From Polyangiaceae bacterium (GTDB lineage Bacteria; Myxococcota_A; Polyangia; Polyangiales; Polyangiaceae), in assembly GCA_965222375.1 (NCBI GenBank), contig CBDCTZ010000015.1, positions 640,001-704,000 on the forward strand: a stretch of 64,000 nt of DNA, read 5' to 3'. This document shows, one piece after another, positions 59,601-64,000 of this stretch. The translations under genes were made by a program, and so were the position numbers. Within the stretch, counting starts at the first letter, position 1. Every line of letters begins with the position of its first letter. The notes below the pieces were generated by a model that was not told the origin of the DNA, did not search any database, and saw nothing but the letters and a program-made list of their open reading frames with translations.

Positions 59601-60317
59601 TCAGCGACTCTGCAGCGCCTTCGCGGCGGGAGTCAGCACGTCTCGCACCGCGCGAGTGCGTTGCTCCAAGCGATCCTTTTCCAACAAGAAGCCGAAGCCC
59701 GCGAGCTCAGGCTCCTGGCATGCAGCGGCAGCACCAGCTCCTGCTGCCTGGGGCAGGTTGTCTGCAAAGGTCTTGTCCACGAGGTCAGCCAAAGAAGGGT
59801 CCACAGCAACGGCCCAGCGCACGAAAGACCACGCCAGCTCGGCATGACGCGCTTCGTCTTCCGCGATGATTTCCAGGGCAGCCTTGGCGGCGGGCTCGGT
59901 CGTGAGCGCCACGGACTCTTTGGCCTCCATAGCCGACAGGGTCTCGCCGATACAGCCTTCGGTAATTGTCGCCCGAACCATGTCGGGCAAGGTCGCCACT
60001 GCGTCGAGGGCGCGATCGATCTTCAGGGGCCCGGGACCCAAGGGGCTACCCGCATAGGTCGACGCCAGAGCAAAGCCGAGGCGAGCGTGCAGGATCTCGT
60101 CGATGGCAGCGCGGTGAGAGGCCTCGAGCAACTCCGGTGGCGCGCCGACGGCGAGTAGACCCAAGCTGAAGCGATCAAAGGCGGCAACGGACGCGTGCTC
60201 GTTCTGAGCTCGTTCGGACCAAGCGACTGCCGCCGACGCGAGCAACGGGGCGTCGAAGGCGCTGGCGTCGAATGAATCCAGCGCGGCATCGAATTCAGCA
60301 ACCTCAGGCCGGGGCAT
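59601..60317 (-). CDS. Ferritin-like (diiron) domain protein
   Basis: EHASVAAF, DEILHA, EGCIGET and IAEDEARHAEL carboxylate/His motifs. Confidence 0.88.
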   Translation of the reverse strand: MPRPEVAEFDAALDSFDASAFDAPLLASAAVAWSERAQNEHASVAAFDRFSLGLLAVGAPPELLEASHRAAIDEILHARLGFALASTYAGSPLGPGPLKIDRALDAVATLPDMVRATITEGCIGETLSAMEAKESVALTTEPAAKAALEIIAEDEARHAELAWSFVRWAVAVDPSLADLVDKTFADNLPQAAGAGAAAACQEPELAGFGFLLEKDRLEQRTRAVRDVLTPAAKALQSR

Positions 60318-60341
60318 GACGGCTCTTGCTCGGTGATCGGC

Positions 60342-60944
60342 TCAGGCAGCCGGGGCGGTTCGCGCCCAATCCATGCGCGCGACCAAGGGTGCCAGGCGCG
60401 TCTTGCCGTCCACGACTAGTGGGCGCCCGTCACAACCGATGCTGCTGAAAATGTAGCAGCATGCTTCTTCTGTCGCCGGGTCCTGGGGTGCGAAGGGTCC
60501 AGTGTTGGCGCTGCCGCAAGAGCAACTTCCCGAGCCCGTTGGATAGCCCTTGGGGGATCCTGCGCTGAGCTTGTCCGCCGGCGGGCAGGCGCCGTTTGTT
60601 GCGGCCATGCAACCGACCTTTTCGCAGCACTGGCCCCAGTAGCCACCTTCGTGATTGGGACCGGCGCAACCCGCAGGGGTTGGATAGGGGACCTTGGGCA
60701 AGGTGGATGAGTCGACGCTGGCGTCTGCGGTCGTTCCTGAGGAGCCACCGGTGCTGGCGCCGCCGGTGCTCGCGCCACCCGTACTCGAACCCCCCGTGCT
60801 TGCACCCCCGGTACTCGTGCCGCCGGAACTGGTTCCGCCCGTGGCATTCGAGTCACTTCCCGACTCGCCGCCACAGTTCACGCCAATGGCCAACACCGCG
60901 CCCCACTGAGACGCCCTGAGCAATCGGTTCAAGAAATCCGCCAT
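60342..60944 (-). CDS. Gly/Cys-rich lipoprotein ending in a CCY…GRP motif
   Basis: GVNC lipobox, (S/A)STGG repeats, Cys-rich domain and ACCYIF…CDGRPLVVDGKTRLAPLV…DW. Confidence 0.85.
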   Translation of the reverse strand: MADFLNRLLRASQWGAVLAIGVNCGGESGSDSNATGGTSSGGTSTGGASTGGSSTGGASTGGASTGGSSGTTADASVDSSTLPKVPYPTPAGCAGPNHEGGYWGQCCEKVGCMAATNGACPPADKLSAGSPKGYPTGSGSCSCGSANTGPFAPQDPATEEACCYIFSSIGCDGRPLVVDGKTRLAPLVARMDWARTAPAA

Positions 60945-61046
60945 GGTGTCATGATAGCAAATGGCCCACGTGGGCGCCGCTTTCGGCCCTGCATAGCAAA
61001 AGTTCGCTGTGCGCTAGGCGCCCGCGCCTCGGCATATTCTGCGTCC

Positions 61047-61408
61047 ATGAGGGTGTTGGTGGTCTTGTTGGCGGTTGCGCAGACGCGAGCTCGGGGGGAA
61101 GCGCGGGTGGCGGTGCGGGCTCTGGCGGAAACGGGGGCGCTGCGACATGTCAAAAGCATGGCGAGCACGATGTTGGTAGTCCCAGCTCGACTGGACTGAG
61201 TAACGGGACCCCGTGCGAGAAGGGCAGTCAGTGCGTCTCGGGCTACTGCGTGGACCACTTCTGCTGCAACAGCGAGTGTCAGTTTGCCGATTGCATTAGT
61301 TGCGCCCGACCCGGCAACAGGGGGACCTGTGGCATCGTCGCGAAGGGTGCCAACCCGCGTTGTAGCTGCACCGCGGGTTGCCCGGGTGGCAGCAATAGCT
61401 GTACCTAG
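61047..61408 (+). pseudogene. Frameshifted Cys-rich lipoprotein gene absent from the ORF track
   Basis: MRVLVVLL is followed in another frame by GGCADASSGG…NGTPCEKGSQCVSGYCVDHFCCNSEC…CISC…GTC…*. TATTCT lies 6 nt before the ATG. Confidence 0.7.
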
Positions 61409-61468
61409 AACGCTTCCGACCGGGAAGTAGGCCCGTGCGCCCTTCAGCGCACGGACGCACCTCAACGA

Positions 61469-62332
61469 TCACTTACACGTGATCGGATTGTGCTTCTGAA
61501 TCGTGCCCTTGCAGTTGCCCGGAGAGGTCATCGTGCACACCCGGAACTCGTCGCTGCCGCAGTATTCGTTCTGGTTGGCTCCCGTGCGCTTGGTGGGCAG
61601 ATAGCCCATCCCAATGCATCCAAAGGGACCCGACGGATTCGGCATGCACTGGTCCTTGGCCTTGACGGAAACCCCGCCGCACTCTGTTTCCTTCGTATCG
61701 CAATTGAAGTCGAAGGAAACTCCGTTGTTGACGGGGTAGCCCGCACCGTCGCAGTGAGTGCTGCTCGGATAGGCGAGCTTTTCGTCGTCGGCGCAATCTT
61801 CGCAAGCGCGTGCCTTGGAGGCCTTGTTGATCCAGCCCTTGCCGGGGCTTAGGCAGGCCTTCTTCTCGGTGGCTGGGTCGCCGTAGAGATCGCCATCCTT
61901 GTCCTGGCACCACGTCTTCATCACGGTGCAGCCGCCTCCCGTGCCACCACCAGTGCCGCCGGTGGCACCGCCCGTGCCGCCGGTGGCACCGCCTGATCCG
62001 GCGCTGCCCGCGCTACCCCCAGCACCCGCGCTACCTCCCGCGCCCGCGCTACCCGCACTGCCTCCCGCGCCCGCGCTACCCGCACTGCCTCCGGCGCCCG
62101 CGCTGCCTGATGCGCCACCACTACCCGCGGCCCCGGCGGAGCCCGATGAGCCGCCCGTCGCTCCTGATCCCGCGCTGCCTGAGCTGCCGCCTCCGCTACC
62201 AGCCGCGCCGCTACTGCCGGCTGCGCCGCCAGAACTCGACCCACCGCTGCCGCTCAAGCCGGAGTCATCGGAACCACCGCACGCCATGGCGAGCGGCAAC
62301 AACACTGCCGAAGTCAGGAATCTACGCTTCAT
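61469..62332 (-). CDS. Gly-rich lipoprotein with Cys/Asp-rich (MopE-like metal-binding) C-terminal domain
   Basis: GGAGG RBS, AMAC lipobox, GGSAGSAG repeats and WCQDKDGDLYGDP…DCAD…FDFNCD. Confidence 0.85.
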   Translation of the reverse strand: MKRRFLTSAVLLPLAMACGGSDDSGLSGSGGSSSGGAAGSSGAAGSGGGSSGSAGSGATGGSSGSAGAAGSGGASGSAGAGGSAGSAGAGGSAGSAGAGGSAGAGGSAGSAGSGGATGGTGGATGGTGGGTGGGCTVMKTWCQDKDGDLYGDPATEKKACLSPGKGWINKASKARACEDCADDEKLAYPSSTHCDGAGYPVNNGVSFDFNCDTKETECGGVSVKAKDQCMPNPSGPFGCIGMGYLPTKRTGANQNEYCGSDEFRVCTMTSPGNCKGTIQKHNPITCK

Positions 62333-62358
62333 AAGGACCTCCCAAGTGCGGTTCACTA

Positions 62359-62374
62359 AGCAGGACCCGTGCCG
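62359..62374 (-). promoter_or_regulatory. Sigma-54 promoter
   Basis: CGGCACGGGTCCTGCT (GG-N10-GC) lies upstream of the RBS. Confidence 0.65.
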
Positions 62375-62528
62375 ACCCCAAAGCACCCCATTTCCCGGTT
62401 TCTGACGGATGCCCAAGGCACGCGGGTTGGCTAACTCCGCATTGATTGCATAGTCCGGAAACTGAGTGCATGGCTCTCAGCGGCCGCGCGCGACTCGAAG
62501 TCGAGATGCGCGTTATTCTTGTGGCACC

Positions 62529-63620
62529 ATGAAGCCACTGCTCATTTGTTTGCTCACCGCTTGCCTCGGCTTGGGTTGTTCTTCAGATGACGATGGGAGC
62601 GCAGGTAGCGCGACGGGTGGAAGTGCGGGTTCTGGAGGTAGTGGGGCTACCGGTACAGGTGGAACATCGAGCGGCGGATCGGCCGGCACCGGCGGCGCGG
62701 GTACCGGCGGCGCAGCGGCAGGCGCAGGGGGCACCATCTCCGGCGCGCTGCCCGAGGGCGACACGGGAATCGCCGCAAACTACCCCGACGACGTGGGCAT
62801 CACCGGAGACTCAGCCGTCATCTTCGCAGACGACTTCGAGTCCTACTCGAAGGCATCGGATCTCGACACCAATTGGGACTTCGTCTTTCAGTACAACCAG
62901 ATCCGTTTCGCGACGGAATCGGCGAATGTGTACGCAGGCAAACAAGCTCTGGAGTTCACGGTCCCGCAACAGAATAACGAACTCAGCAACTCCACCTCCA
63001 AGACCGTCAGCCCCGAGCGCGACGTACTCTTCTTGCGCTACTACTCCAAATTCGACACACCCTTCGACGTCGTCGGTTCGAGTCACAACGGCTCGAGCAT
63101 CTCAGCGCAATACTTCAACAATGGACAAGCAACGCCGGGCGTGCCCGCCGACGGCAAGAACAAATTCCTAGCCAACCTCGAAAACTGGCGTGGCGAAGCG
63201 AGCACCCAGTCTCCCGGCCCTTTGAACGTCTACATCTATCATCCCGAGCAACGCAGCCAGTGGGGCGATCACTTCTTCCCCACGGGGACCGTGCTACCGA
63301 ATTCCAGCCAGCCCTTCGACTTTGGCCCCAACTTCACGAGTCGTCCGGACGTCACGCCAGATCTAGACAAGTGGTACTGCTACGAGTTCATGTTGCAGGC
63401 CAACACACCGGGCAAGCTCGACGGTCGTATCGCCTTCTGGCTCGATGGCAAGCTGCTCGCGGACTTTCAGAACCTTCGCCTGCGCGACATCGCCAGTCTG
63501 AAGATCGATCGCTTCGGGCTGGGCTTCCACATCGGCTCCAACCCCAACGGCGAAACCAAGAAGTGGTACGACAACGTGGTTGCGGCCACTTCGTACGTCG
63601 GTCCAATCAAAGCGCCTTGA
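62529..63620 (+). CDS. Lipoprotein with polysaccharide-lyase-like / concanavalin-fold domain
   Basis: GLGC lipobox, VIFADDFE, LFLRYYSKF, WYCYEFM..NTPG..DG.I..W.DG and YDNVVAATSYVGP. Confidence 0.8.
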   Translation: MKPLLICLLTACLGLGCSSDDDGSAGSATGGSAGSGGSGATGTGGTSSGGSAGTGGAGTGGAAAGAGGTISGALPEGDTGIAANYPDDVGITGDSAVIFADDFESYSKASDLDTNWDFVFQYNQIRFATESANVYAGKQALEFTVPQQNNELSNSTSKTVSPERDVLFLRYYSKFDTPFDVVGSSHNGSSISAQYFNNGQATPGVPADGKNKFLANLENWRGEASTQSPGPLNVYIYHPEQRSQWGDHFFPTGTVLPNSSQPFDFGPNFTSRPDVTPDLDKWYCYEFMLQANTPGKLDGRIAFWLDGKLLADFQNLRLRDIASLKIDRFGLGFHIGSNPNGETKKWYDNVVAATSYVGPIKAP

Positions 63621-64000
63621 ACCAGCGCTGGCAGCAGCCTTGACTTTGGTTTGTTGGTTGGGGTCGAGCCCTGGGGCGTCGCTGCTGCCCTAATCTCAAG
63701 CTAGCTCGCGCGTTTGCGCGGCGCCACTTCCGAAGCAACCGCCAGCGCTGTCTACTCCGCCGCTCGCTTGGCGATCACACAACGGCAACCGATGCAGTGC
63801 GCTTCGTCGCCTACTTGGCAATCACGTCCAACTTGTAGCCACGCTTTGCGTCGTAATACTCGTTGACGATCAGGTGCGCGCGAAAGACTTGAGGATAGTT
63901 CGCGTCTCCGGGCTTCGCGGCCAAGGCAACCAACTCTTCGGCGCCTGCGTTGGTCCGATGGTACCAAACCCGGAGCGTCTCTTTCTTCAAAGCGGACTCC

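Noticed and set aside
60342..60344. Selenocysteine UGA
   Set aside because: It lies in an Ala/Pro linker rather than a Cys-like catalytic position. The downstream hairpin is weak and not a convincing SECIS.
60929..61465. 178-aa minus-strand ORF
   Set aside because: Ala/Thr-rich shadow of the frameshifted Cys-rich gene on the plus strand.
63621..64000. Terminal 71-aa ORF
   Set aside because: No recognisable features, and the context is cut by the window edge.

Overview
GC-rich bacterial DNA with the gene content typical of Myxococcota (Polyangiales-like; inferred from gene content). It holds many Gly/Thr/Cys-rich lipoproteins, four Hanks-type Ser/Thr kinases, TPR/PEGA-like proteins, three sigma-54-type activators (two with non-canonical motifs), an ECF sigma/anti-sigma cassette and a DUF1592+DUF1552 pair. 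It also encodes an AurF-like diiron oxygenase followed by a two-component system, a HerA-like ATPase, a diheme cytochrome c, a Kunitz protein, a copper monooxygenase-like lipoprotein and a ferritin-like protein. I saw no rRNA, tRNA, CRISPR array, transposase, integrase or reverse transcriptase. Non-obvious structure read from the sequence: (i) three neighbouring exported-protein genes at 51.7-55.2 kb, each with a sigma-54 promoter and a shared upstream TGCGCGCAC motif; one of them is a mosaic of RNP-1-like and HU-like motifs; (ii) a Cys-rich 'GRP' lipoprotein separated from a ferritin-like ORF by one in-frame TGA; (iii) a dispersed palindromic repeat in 3 copies; (iv) a 50-bp triplication of a gene 3' end; (v) many apparently leaderless starts; (vi) about nine frameshifted or internally deleted gene remnants. 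All family assignments come from motif recognition by eye, not database searches.
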